Part shown: piece after piece, positions 9,916 through 18,081 of the stretch
Layout of the letters: every line of letters begins with the position of its first letter
Numbering within the stretch: the stretch's first letter is position 1
Virus record (IMG/VR): IMGVR_UViG_3300035425_000025
Span: 1 to 64,000 of that record
Source of the DNA: a virus
Lineage: Duplodnaviria; Caudoviricetes
Length of the DNA stretch: 64,000 nucleotides
Strand: one strand, 5' to 3'
Position numbers and translations under genes: made by a program
The notes under the pieces: generated by a model
The model's database searches: none
Told to the model about the DNA's origin: nothing
What the model saw: the letters and a program-made list of their open reading frames with translations, nothing else

Positions 9916-10380
9916 TTATAATGTTTCTTCAGTTACAACCTCAAAATCATTAACATTACTACGAGCAATTTCAAGCAATTCCTTGATTCGATTTTTAACT
10001 TTTGTTTCAAAAAGAATAATTTGTGCCTGAGCATATAACTGTTTTGTAGTTAGCATAGTAGAATCCAATAAACCATCGGCAACTTTTGCTGCATCAATTT
10101 CAAGAGAAATCTCTAAATTTTCATCAATTACGAATTCTTTATTATTAATATTATCAATAGTAACTACAACTGCGTTCTCATCTTCACTAAGAATTGGATT
10201 TCCATTAGATACAATAAAACTTCCTTTAAATTCGATATCTGAGTATCTTAGAATCTGTGGCGTGTCTGCTAACATATCAATTTCCTGCTGTGCTGTTCTG
10301 ATACTGTCACCCATCTCTAATGGTCTAATAACTGTTTTGTATTTATTATCTAAAATACTTCTTTCTGGTAAAATTTTCAT
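9916..10380 (-). CDS. Hypothetical protein
   Basis: 154-aa ORF, coupled to upstream ORF. Confidence 0.7.
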   Translation of the reverse strand: MKILPERSILDNKYKTVIRPLEMGDSIRTAQQEIDMLADTPQILRYSDIEFKGSFIVSNGNPILSEDENAVVVTIDNINNKEFVIDENLEISLEIDAAKVADGLLDSTMLTTKQLYAQAQIILFETKVKNRIKELLEIARSNVNDFEVVTEETL

Positions 10381-10673
10381 GTTTCTTGTTCCTCTCTTTC
10401 ATTTGAAACTACTTGGTTGTACGCATTTTTTATCTGAATTGTGAGATCATATAATACATCTTCATTGATCGTACAATCTAAATTTGACATATCAATATTA
10501 GGATCTGAAATTGTAAATTCTAAAGTACCATTATTTTTGGGGACAAATAGAACTTCAACATTGTTACTTAATAGAAGAGTAATAGAATCAATTTTCTTTC
10601 CGTTGTTGGATTTTATAGTTCGTACTTGTCCAACTTTTAGCCGTTCTTCTTCAATAGATAATCTGCTTGCCAA
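10377..10673 (-). CDS. Hypothetical protein (start moved to TTG 10673)
   Basis: The longer ORF-track start overlaps tRNA-Tyr; GGTGA RBS precedes TTG GCA AGC AGA. Confidence 0.65.
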   Translation of the reverse strand: MASRLSIEEERLKVGQVRTIKSNNGKKIDSITLLLSNNVEVLFVPKNNGTLEFTISDPNIDMSNLDCTINEDVLYDLTIQIKNAYNQVVSNEREEQET

Positions 10674-10709
10674 TCTATTCACCAACTTTCTTTTATATTT
10701 TGCATATAG

Positions 10710-10791
10710 TGGATGTTCCTGGACTTGAACCAGGAGTGCCGAAGCCACGATTTTACAGACCGCTGCGATATCCAATTCCGCTCAAACATCC
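10710..10791 (-). tRNA. tRNA-Tyr (anticodon GUA)
   Basis: GGATGTT/AACATCC acceptor, CTGTAAA loop, variable arm, GGTTCAAGTCC T-arm. Confidence 0.9.
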
Positions 10792-10798
10792 ATAAAAA

Positions 10799-10823
10799 TA
10801 GGAGAGTACTGAAGACTCTCCTA
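10799..10823 (-). terminator. GGAGAG/CTCTCC hairpin (copy 2)
   Basis: TAGGAGAGT/ACTCTCCTA stem followed by TTTT. Confidence 0.6.
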
Positions 10824-10824
10824 A

Positions 10825-11240
10825 GAAATAAACTGCCATGTATTCAAATACAGATTTATTGGTCTTTTATCTGTACCTAACATACTGCGTACCAATAGCA
10901 TATGCTTGAATATCTTGTGGCAGGAAGTACACTTTATTGGCAGATTGATGGTCTGCTGCTAGACACTTATCAGGCGACTAACAAATATAAGTATTCAATA
11001 AATGTGCAATGTATAGCATGAAGCGTCCAACTAGCTATAATTGGAATCCGGATGCCCAGTTTTAATAGCTTTGCTATTCGCAAATCAATAAATGTCATCA
11101 TTAACGCAGATATCACGAACCTCTCAACACAGTGTAGGTAGTTGTCAACCTACTACGGATTCAGTTATTGCCGTTGATGCGTGTAAAACTTGATAATGAC
11201 TGCATGGACGTTATCTACAAAACACACATCTGTTTTAATC
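10825..11240 (-). ncRNA. Candidate large structured ncRNA
   Basis: No ORF of 60 aa or more; at least 8 local hairpins plus long-range pairs CGTCCA/TGGACG and CTGCCA/TGGCAG; strand inferred from flanking genes. Confidence 0.5.
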
Positions 11241-11259
11241 GTTGTATTGTTGGAAATAA

Positions 11260-11288
11260 TTGACAATATTTTAGAGATTATGTAGAAT
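11260..11288 (+). promoter_or_regulatory. Sigma-A promoter of type I toxin mRNA
   Basis: TTGACA-17 nt-TAGAAT. Confidence 0.75.
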
Positions 11289-11423
11289 AATAAGTGTAAG
11301 CAGCATCCAACGTTTCATTTAGGCTAGATGGGATGGTAAATTAGGTGGTTTGAGTCACGTCAGGACAGCAATGTTCTGTTTATCGGATAGATACCCTTGC
11401 TAAGAAAGGAGGGTGATAAAGAA

Positions 11424-11555
11424 GTGACATTTTGTGAATTACTAATTTTTACTTTAGTAACTGGCATTGTTAGCGGAGTAATCTCTGCGTACATAGTCAG
11501 ATTTCTTGATAAAAGACGCAAAAATGACCGCCACTCGCCAAAGCACGGTCATTAA
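11424..11555 (+). CDS. Type I toxin, Fst/Ldr-like membrane peptide (43 aa)
   Basis: AAAGGAGGGTG RBS; MTFCELLIFTLVTGIVSGVISAYIVRFLDKRRKNDRHSPKHGH has one TM helix and a basic tail; 5' and 3' UTRs are complementary. Confidence 0.8.
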   Translation: MTFCELLIFTLVTGIVSGVISAYIVRFLDKRRKNDRHSPKHGH

Positions 11556-11652
11556 TGCGTTAATGAATTCAATTTATTAGCCATTTTTGATTATTTGGCT
11601 CAAACCATCTAACGGATGCTGTTTTGCATTTTTATATAGAGTCTTTTCTATA
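11519..11652 (-). ncRNA. Cis-antisense antitoxin RNA
   Basis: Minus-strand TTGACA(11687-11682)-17-TAAGAT; terminator AATGACCG/CGGTCATT followed by U-tract; start estimated. Confidence 0.65.
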
Positions 11653-11774
11653 CTCATTATCTTATATCAAATTTATCATGGTGTCAATAGATTTACTTTT
11701 CATATAGTCTCATACTGTTTCATATCGTGCTATATTGTCATATAGTATATCACAATATAAAGAATAATTTCACT

Positions 11775-11790
11775 TGAAATTGGAGTTTCA
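11775..11790. repeat. Perfect 16-bp palindromic site beside the tyrosine recombinase
   Basis: TGAAA-TTGGAG-TTTCA, 7 bp past the recombinase stop codon. Confidence 0.65.
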
Positions 11791-11797
11791 AAGTGGT

Positions 11798-12811
11798 TTA
11801 TTCAGAAAAACCAAACATTTCATTTATTGTATCATCTGAATGATCCTTGAGATAGGATTGGGTGGTACTAACATCAGAATGGTGAGCAAATACCTGAACC
11901 TGTTCCAATGGATATTTTCTAATATTTCCGTTTTCATCAACTAAACGAGTATCTGTTCCTTGTGCTAGACATTCTAATCTGCTATGTCTCATAGTATGAG
12001 GGAATATATTACATTCTTCACCACGAACTTCTGACAATATTTTAGATATTGAACATACTCTATCATATAAAGCATCGCCTGTAATTGGTTGCTTATCATC
12101 ACCAGAACCTTTAACCCATAATGAATCTATATTATCTTCTCCACGTTCTTCTAAATACCTTCTTATCAATTCTTTAGTATCATCAAGATATACTAAACAG
12201 AATTTTTTGCCACGTTTACCAATAACAATATTTGTTTTATTCCCGTCTAAAAGTCCATGCTTTTCGATTTGAAACAATTCATTTCTACGTCCAGCAGAGT
12301 CAAATCCTATGCTCCATAGGCATGCGTCTTGTAATCTACCTCTTTCTACAAGAATATCTCTTACTTTCATAAATTCATCAAAAGTAAAAAAGAAATTATC
12401 CTCATCATCCTTGACTGGTTTCTTAGGCAGACCTGCGACTTTTTTACTATAATTTACTTCATAATCATAATCATCATCTTCTTCGCAAAAAGTCAACAAA
12501 CTATTGCAAGCACTTTTTAATCTATTTACTCTAGCTGCTGACATTTTACACTCTTCTGAAAAATATAAACTAAGTCCACGAAAATCTTTTTTCTTTAATT
12601 CAAGAATAGAACGGTTCCCTAATTCCTTTAATATGTATATCATCACAATCCTAAGATCATTATAATATCCACTAATCGTTCCTTTTGATTTTTGCCTCTG
12701 TTTATATTCTGCAAGAAAGTCATCAATAATTCTTTTGTTTTCCTTATTTACTTGTTCCCATAATTCAGGAGTGTAAAAATTATTATAAATTCTCCCACGC
12801 ATAAACATCAC
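11798..12811 (-). CDS. Tyrosine recombinase (XerC/integrase family)
   Basis: SAGRRNEL, FPHTMRHSR, HHSDVSTT..Y catalytic signature; N-terminal core-binding domain. Confidence 0.9.
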   Translation of the reverse strand: MMFMRGRIYNNFYTPELWEQVNKENKRIIDDFLAEYKQRQKSKGTISGYYNDLRIVMIYILKELGNRSILELKKKDFRGLSLYFSEECKMSAARVNRLKSACNSLLTFCEEDDDYDYEVNYSKKVAGLPKKPVKDDEDNFFFTFDEFMKVRDILVERGRLQDACLWSIGFDSAGRRNELFQIEKHGLLDGNKTNIVIGKRGKKFCLVYLDDTKELIRRYLEERGEDNIDSLWVKGSGDDKQPITGDALYDRVCSISKILSEVRGEECNIFPHTMRHSRLECLAQGTDTRLVDENGNIRKYPLEQVQVFAHHSDVSTTQSYLKDHSDDTINEMFGFSE

Positions 12812-12847
12812 TTCCTTTCAAATAAAAAAAGAAGTGATAGCAAAATA

Positions 12848-14371
12848 CTAAACAACTTCTTTCTTAGGTCTTGTATTTCTTATTATGTTTTGTGAATAAT
12901 CTAACTCACCAATATTTCTTACTTTTCCCCAGTCAATATTATTTTTATAAAATTTTTCTATTTGATGCTTTTCTTGTAAAGATGGATTATATATGATGTT
13001 TGTAAAATTTTCTTGTGTTAAATCGCATGGAAACAAAATAAAATATTTTAATCCATTATTTTTTAACATAAGTTCTTTTTCTTTTAGTTTTATCCGATAT
13101 TTCTCTTTTGATTTGCTTTTAGATATTTTTCTATTTTCATAATACCAAGTTTTATAATCTGCAATAATCCCAGCAATTTCTATATATAAAATATCGTTTT
13201 GTGTATGTATTACATAATCACAATTCATATTTCCATGATAGTTATTAATAAAATTTGAGTATTTGATATCCCTAAAATAATCTTTATTAAATATAAATCC
13301 ATTTTCTTTCAGAAACTTAGAAAACATATATTCATATTGACTTGCAACATGTTCTTGATCATCAAAATCATAATTAAGTCCCTGCCCTTGATTACCAAAA
13401 ACAATGCCAAAGTTACTAAAATACTTTATAAAATTGACACCATAATATTTTTTACTCATTCTATCTAAAGTACCATAACTCGACCATTGACTACTTTCGT
13501 GAATCTCTCTAGTAGTAGTAAAATTTCTGTTTTCCTTAGCCAAAAAATCTAATATATTTTTTACAGTCGCATCGAAATCTTCTTTAGATAATTGTTTATC
13601 CATCATGCTTTCTTGAACAATTTCTAAACCAAGTTCTTTTTTCATTTTATTTAAAGAACCCCAATATTTTTTAATCATTGTTACACCAATTTCATCCATA
13701 TTAGGATTCTTAAAATCCTTGTATTCTAATGGTCTATTAAATTTTGATTGCATATTCATAATAATATTTACACAATCTTCTTTGGTTAAATTTTTCGATT
13801 GCCCACCACGAGTTCTTATTTCATATTTTTCTGCATTAGATAAACTATATCCACATAGTTCAAGCCAATCTACTAAATCACCGCCAAGATATTGCTCATA
13901 CATTCTTAGTGTTGGCATTTTATTCTCAGGTCTAAAGTCTTTTTTCTTAAATTTTGGATATCCATTCTTTTCTACAAAATCTCTTAATTTTCTTATTAGA
14001 AATTTTTTGATTTTTTCATCATTATTCTTAAAAGTACCAACATTCAATTTTGCGGTTGGCATTACATCAAATTTACAATCTAAACAAAGATAATCATATC
14101 CATATTTTTCTGTATATGATTTGATTCTTGTATATTCCATTTTTGTTATTTGTTCTTTTCTTTTACAAATGTCACATTCACACTCAACTATAAGATTTGA
14201 ATTAGGTTTTAAGTCTTCTACGGATACATCAATAGTCGTTCCGTTGACAATAGAATATGTATTATGTCTTTTATTAAAATATCGAGGTATTTCATATCCT
14301 AATTTTTCATAATATGATGCCATATTTCCGGATACATCAATCTTAACTTTTTGTGGTAATATTAATCCCAT
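12848..14371 (-). CDS. Free-standing homing-endonuclease-like protein
   Basis: CECDIC Zn ribbon, repeated helical units (KKYWGSLNKMKKELGL), CDY.I...YIEIAG PD-(D/E)XK-like C-terminus. Confidence 0.65.
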   Translation of the reverse strand: MGLILPQKVKIDVSGNMASYYEKLGYEIPRYFNKRHNTYSIVNGTTIDVSVEDLKPNSNLIVECECDICKRKEQITKMEYTRIKSYTEKYGYDYLCLDCKFDVMPTAKLNVGTFKNNDEKIKKFLIRKLRDFVEKNGYPKFKKKDFRPENKMPTLRMYEQYLGGDLVDWLELCGYSLSNAEKYEIRTRGGQSKNLTKEDCVNIIMNMQSKFNRPLEYKDFKNPNMDEIGVTMIKKYWGSLNKMKKELGLEIVQESMMDKQLSKEDFDATVKNILDFLAKENRNFTTTREIHESSQWSSYGTLDRMSKKYYGVNFIKYFSNFGIVFGNQGQGLNYDFDDQEHVASQYEYMFSKFLKENGFIFNKDYFRDIKYSNFINNYHGNMNCDYVIHTQNDILYIEIAGIIADYKTWYYENRKISKSKSKEKYRIKLKEKELMLKNNGLKYFILFPCDLTQENFTNIIYNPSLQEKHQIEKFYKNNIDWGKVRNIGELDYSQNIIRNTRPKKEVV

Positions 14372-14412
14372 ATTATCTTTTCCTACTTTCTCACCTACTC
14401 AACTTAAATAAA

Positions 14413-14555
14413 GAAATGGGAGAGAGGTAGGTGACTCTACGTTACTGGGTAGCTACTCCCAATAATCCCATTTCCATAATTCCAATGCAGGCTTCGACAC
14501 CACATTCAACTTCACAAACAGTAAGCTAAACGGATTTTCCCTAAATCGCATTGGA
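14413..14555 (-). ncRNA. Structured leader: tRNA-like cloverleaf plus three-way junction
   Basis: TCCAATGC/GCATTGGA closes three arms (14481-14555); GAAATGGGA/TCCCATTTC closes two hairpins (14413-14474). Confidence 0.45.
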
Positions 14556-14625
14556 CACTATATACTTCTCTAAACAAAAAAGACTTACGCTCAATTTTTG
14601 AACGCAAGTCTTCAGGACATTCAAT

Positions 14626-14772
14626 TCAATCTTCCAACTTCCCAAGCAATTCTTTCACTGTAATTTCCTCTCCAATAGAAGCACACTCATCTAAACGATA
14701 GAAGAGTAGTTCTTTGAGAATTATTAACTCATCGTCTGTGAGGTCTACGGATTTTACAATTTCATCATACAA
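14626..14772 (-). CDS. 48-aa acidic hypothetical protein
   Basis: GGCGGTGA RBS, TTG start, MYDEIVKSVDLTDDELIILKELLF... Confidence 0.6.
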   Translation of the reverse strand: MYDEIVKSVDLTDDELIILKELLFYRLDECASIGEEITVKELLGKLED

Positions 14773-14795
14773 AGTTATTTCACCGCCAGTCTGAA

Positions 14796-15071
14796 TTATA
14801 GTGTCTTAACAGATTTACTAATCGTAAATTTCAATTCATCATGTGCTGGCTTTGTCCATTCCTTGCCTCCTGCAAGAGCAGCAACACCACTTCTCTCAGC
14901 AACATGCCTTACAGAAAACGTACCAATTCCAGGAAGAGGAACCTTTTCATCACGACTCTCGTTCAATGCTCCAAGTAAAAACTTTCCATAGGCATCCATA
15001 ACTGCCTCTGCAACCTTATTTGTAACTTCTGCCTCAGAAGCAACTGCTTTAATCATATCGTTCTTTACCAT
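14796..15071 (-). CDS. HU-family DNA-binding protein (YonN-like)
   Basis: V.LPGIGTFSVRH.AER.G...FTISKS.K HU signature; AAAGGAG RBS before ATG 15071. Confidence 0.9.
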   Translation of the reverse strand: MVKNDMIKAVASEAEVTNKVAEAVMDAYGKFLLGALNESRDEKVPLPGIGTFSVRHVAERSGVAALAGGKEWTKPAHDELKFTISKSVKTL

Positions 15072-15112
15072 TATAAAAATCTCCTTTATTTTCAATGTTT
15101 TTCATCAAAATA

Positions 15113-15133
15113 GGAGAGTAGCATTTACTCTCC
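15113..15133 (-). terminator. GGAGAG/CTCTCC hairpin (copy 3)
   Basis: GGAGAGTA/TACTCTCC stem followed by TATTTT. Confidence 0.6.
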
Positions 15134-15312
15134 AATACATGTGTTTGTGGCCTCGTCAGCCAAATATAATAATCGTCCACTCGTGACGATTTTGCTTGTT
15201 TATAATGACTTGGACTGTCTCTAGTTTATGGCTTTCAGATTTCAATAATATTGACAAGCCTCCCAATTTAATTCTGATACTACAGAAACCATTAAAATTA
15301 GTATTCTATTTG

Positions 15313-16557
15313 TTAATTCAAAATAAATTTATATGTTTCTATGTGTCCGTATGTACTATCAAATCCATATATTTTAACAGCAGCTTTGCTACCTTTCATA
15401 ATAGAATCACTATAAGGATCGCTACCAACGAAAGAAGGACTTACCAATATTTCCGTATCATTACAACATCCTTCAAAACTAGGAATTTCCTTACCAGAAT
15501 GAAAATGTCCTAATAATAGATAGTCAATAAAGCTTCGTCTCATCATACTTAAATCACGTATAGAATTTTCTATATTTTTTAACTGATGGCCATGCATAGC
15601 AATAACTTCATTTCCCATAATTGGAATTTCTATGTATTGTTTGCCTTCTTCAGCCAAATGAACAGAAATTCTTTTATTACCAATACATAAGTCTTTTATA
15701 TAATTTCCAATAAGATATTCTAAATCCTCATCTGCAATTTCACTTGCTTTAGTTCCTAATGGACGTAATTGACTATGATTTGCCGAAGGGGTATGATAGT
15801 ATTCAATTTTTGTATACACAGATAATTCTCTTAAAAATAATGCGATTAACCTACTAATCTCCACAGTAGATCTAACAATTGTAGAATCGTTAATTTTTAA
15901 ATCACTAACACGTAAAATTCCCTGTACCATATCGCCCAATGAAGCTATATAAAGTTTTGTTACTTTATGTTTTTGAATGAATTCAATAACATATCCAGAT
16001 AAATTTTCAAATCGTTCTTTTACGATTTCTGGTGAATATTCATTATTTTCACTTTTAAATTTTGCACCATAATGGATGTCTGCAAGAGACATGATATATC
16101 CTAATTCGTTTTCTGCTGAATCATAATATAGTGGCTGAAATTCTGGAAGTGGAAGAGCGGTACAAACATTACCAACATATTCATAATACATTTCTTGACG
16201 AGATTCATTTCTATCTACACGGTTCCGCTCTATATTGGCAGTCTGCAATTTCATACGTTCTTTTCGCATATCTGCAATTTTCTTATCTAATTCTTTCTCT
16301 CTTGAAAATTCTTCTGGATTGGTATAGATTTGATTTTTAAGATATTCTGTTCTAAACTGACCGCCAAAGATAGTAGAAGATGCCTTGCGAATTGTATCTG
16401 AATTGCAGGTAATATTATATTTTGCTTGGATCTCTACCCAATCAAGATCGTTATTTCCTTCTAATTTATCAGAAATATCCTTACATACCTTTTCATATGT
16501 ATCAGTAGTTAATCCATACTTTGCTAATTCTTCATTAAAATTATACAGAGTAGTCAC
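15313..16557 (-). CDS. Metallophosphoesterase (YonJ-like)
   Basis: ADIHYG, LGDMVQG, ANH, MHGH, GHFH calcineurin-like motifs after an N-terminal coiled coil. Confidence 0.85.
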   Translation of the reverse strand: MTTLYNFNEELAKYGLTTDTYEKVCKDISDKLEGNNDLDWVEIQAKYNITCNSDTIRKASSTIFGGQFRTEYLKNQIYTNPEEFSREKELDKKIADMRKERMKLQTANIERNRVDRNESRQEMYYEYVGNVCTALPLPEFQPLYYDSAENELGYIMSLADIHYGAKFKSENNEYSPEIVKERFENLSGYVIEFIQKHKVTKLYIASLGDMVQGILRVSDLKINDSTIVRSTVEISRLIALFLRELSVYTKIEYYHTPSANHSQLRPLGTKASEIADEDLEYLIGNYIKDLCIGNKRISVHLAEEGKQYIEIPIMGNEVIAMHGHQLKNIENSIRDLSMMRRSFIDYLLLGHFHSGKEIPSFEGCCNDTEILVSPSFVGSDPYSDSIMKGSKAAVKIYGFDSTYGHIETYKFILN

Positions 16558-16563
16558 CTACTT

Positions 16564-16776
16564 TCATTCTTCATCAAACATCGAACTAGAAATTGGAGCA
16601 GCTCCACCCAATTTAAGATCAATAGCCTGTCCAACATACTGTTTAAACATATTTACAATACTAATAGGAGCGTCAAATGCTTCCTCATTCACTAAAACTA
16701 ATTCGCCATTGATTTCCTCAACTCTTGCACCTACAATATTTTCAATTGTTTGGTGTGTATTATCTAATTTTGCCAT
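16564..16776 (-). CDS. Small protein at the YonK position
   Basis: AAAGGAAG RBS before MAKLDNTHQ; identity inferred from SPbeta synteny only. Confidence 0.5.
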   Translation of the reverse strand: MAKLDNTHQTIENIVGARVEEINGELVLVNEEAFDAPISIVNMFKQYVGQAIDLKLGGAAPISSSMFDEE

Positions 16777-16896
16777 TTGAAATCTTCCTTTCATGAATAT
16801 ATTTTTATATCTTGTAACACTTATATTTGCAATTTGCTGGCTGTTAACGAAGAGCCGTGCTACGGAGGACTGTTTGTACAAAACAGACAAAATGAA

Positions 16897-16979
16897 TTGC
16901 TGAAAGCACAGGAGTCGAACCTGTTATCACACAGGTTATGAGCCTGGTATGGTTTATGTATCCGTTCCACTCGCCAGCA
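16897..16979 (-). tRNA. Atypical tRNA-like gene, anticodon CAU
   Basis: Good anticodon arm (CCAGG-CTCATAA-CCTGT) and T-arm (ACAGG-TTCGACT-CCTGT); acceptor elongated or mismatched and D-arm irregular. Confidence 0.55.
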
Positions 16980-16980
16980 G

Positions 16981-17055
16981 TTGGGAATCAGGGACTTGAA
17001 CCCTGGACAAACATGCTTTATAAGAACACCGCTCTACCAACTGAGCTAATTTCCA
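16981..17055 (-). tRNA. tRNA-Ile (anticodon UAU)
   Basis: Canonical TAGCTCAGTTGGTAGAGC D-arm, GTGTT-CTTATAA-AGCAT anticodon arm, CAGGG-TTCAAGT-CCCTG T-arm; one acceptor mismatch. Confidence 0.85.
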
Positions 17056-17565
17056 AAAGAACAAATGACGATACTGCTAGAATAGCAGCACCGCCACCTG
17101 TGACAGAAATGAGAAATAAAATTATGAAATAAAGAATTCTCAAATATCAGATGCTTAAAACAGAACTGGAATATCTTCTGTAATCTCAATCAATTTGTTA
17201 TCAGTAAAATACTGATATGAATTAAATCTATAATTTGAAATTATATTGTTCAAAAATTTTCTTTTACCACTAAAGAAATAATATTTTCAGCTTTCTACTC
17301 ATTTAAGAGATAAAGAATTTTCAGTTCTAATAAAATTAGCATACAAAAACTCCGATTTAATGCCACTACAGGGCAAACTTAGTATGCTGGCATTTGTGCG
17401 ATGCAATATACACACCCTTATGCATTCTTATTTACACAAACAAGTTTTTTACCACAGCCTCATGTGTGTAATTATTATTGGCTGAGGCTTATGACGAAGT
17501 AATTGTGTGCAACAGGACAGTATTCTCAAATCCTGTAATTGACAAAATAGAATAGAAGATAAATT

Positions 17566-17877
17566 TTATTGTCTATCAAACAAATATTGATTAACCTGTC
17601 CATTATAATATTTAGATAAACATGCTTTTACATTTACATGTTCAGGACATTCTATATTTTGAAACATTCCTTTTGAATATTTCTTCTTTTTTATGTATTT
17701 CCTTTTTATGTTGATACCATTTAAAAGTTTTATATTTACTTCTTCAGATGGAGTGATAGAAGACAAGTAGTCAAAAATAATATTCTCTGCCGATTTTAAT
17801 ATCTTACGGACTGTCGCTACATCTATATCTTCTTTTGTTGCTATTTGATTTATTAAAACATCTTGTGTAACATTCAA
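17566..17877 (-). CDS. HU/IHF-like protein
   Basis: N-terminal helices LINQIA...VRKIL..II and beta-arm pattern resemble HU. Confidence 0.55.
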   Translation of the reverse strand: MNVTQDVLINQIATKEDIDVATVRKILKSAENIIFDYLSSITPSEEVNIKLLNGINIKRKYIKKKKYSKGMFQNIECPEHVNVKACLSKYYNGQVNQYLFDRQ

Positions 17878-18020
17878 ATAACTTTTCTACCTCCATTCTG
17901 GTATCGAATTCGATTGTCAAGAATCATATCTTTCTTTGTAAATTTTAACATTTAATACCTCCGTATTTTGTTATATGTGCGATATGATTGTTCTTTCTCT
18001 TATACGCACAAAACTTCTGT

Positions 18021-18073
18021 CGTTATTTACGTCTGAAAAATTTTTTTGTTCATTTTTTCAACCGTAAATAACG
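18021..18073. promoter_or_regulatory. Long hairpin directly after the RNAP gene
   Basis: CGTTATTTACG/CGTAAATAACG plus TGAAAAA/TTTTTCA. Confidence 0.55.
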
Positions 18074-18081
18074 AGTCTATT

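Noticed and set aside
10674-10775. N-terminal extension of ORF 10377-10775
   Set aside because: It runs through tRNA-Tyr; a TTG start with RBS exists at 10673
15145-15165. CTGACGA hammerhead-like core on the minus strand
   Set aside because: No stem II-GAAA or stem III follows; it is a simple hairpin
16820-16895. Possible theta/HDV-like ribozyme in the tRNA 3' trailer (TCCTCC loop-like motif)
   Set aside because: I could not form P1, P2 and P3 consistently; only independent hairpins
16938-17132. 64-aa plus-strand ORF
   Set aside because: Antisense to two tRNA genes; no RBS
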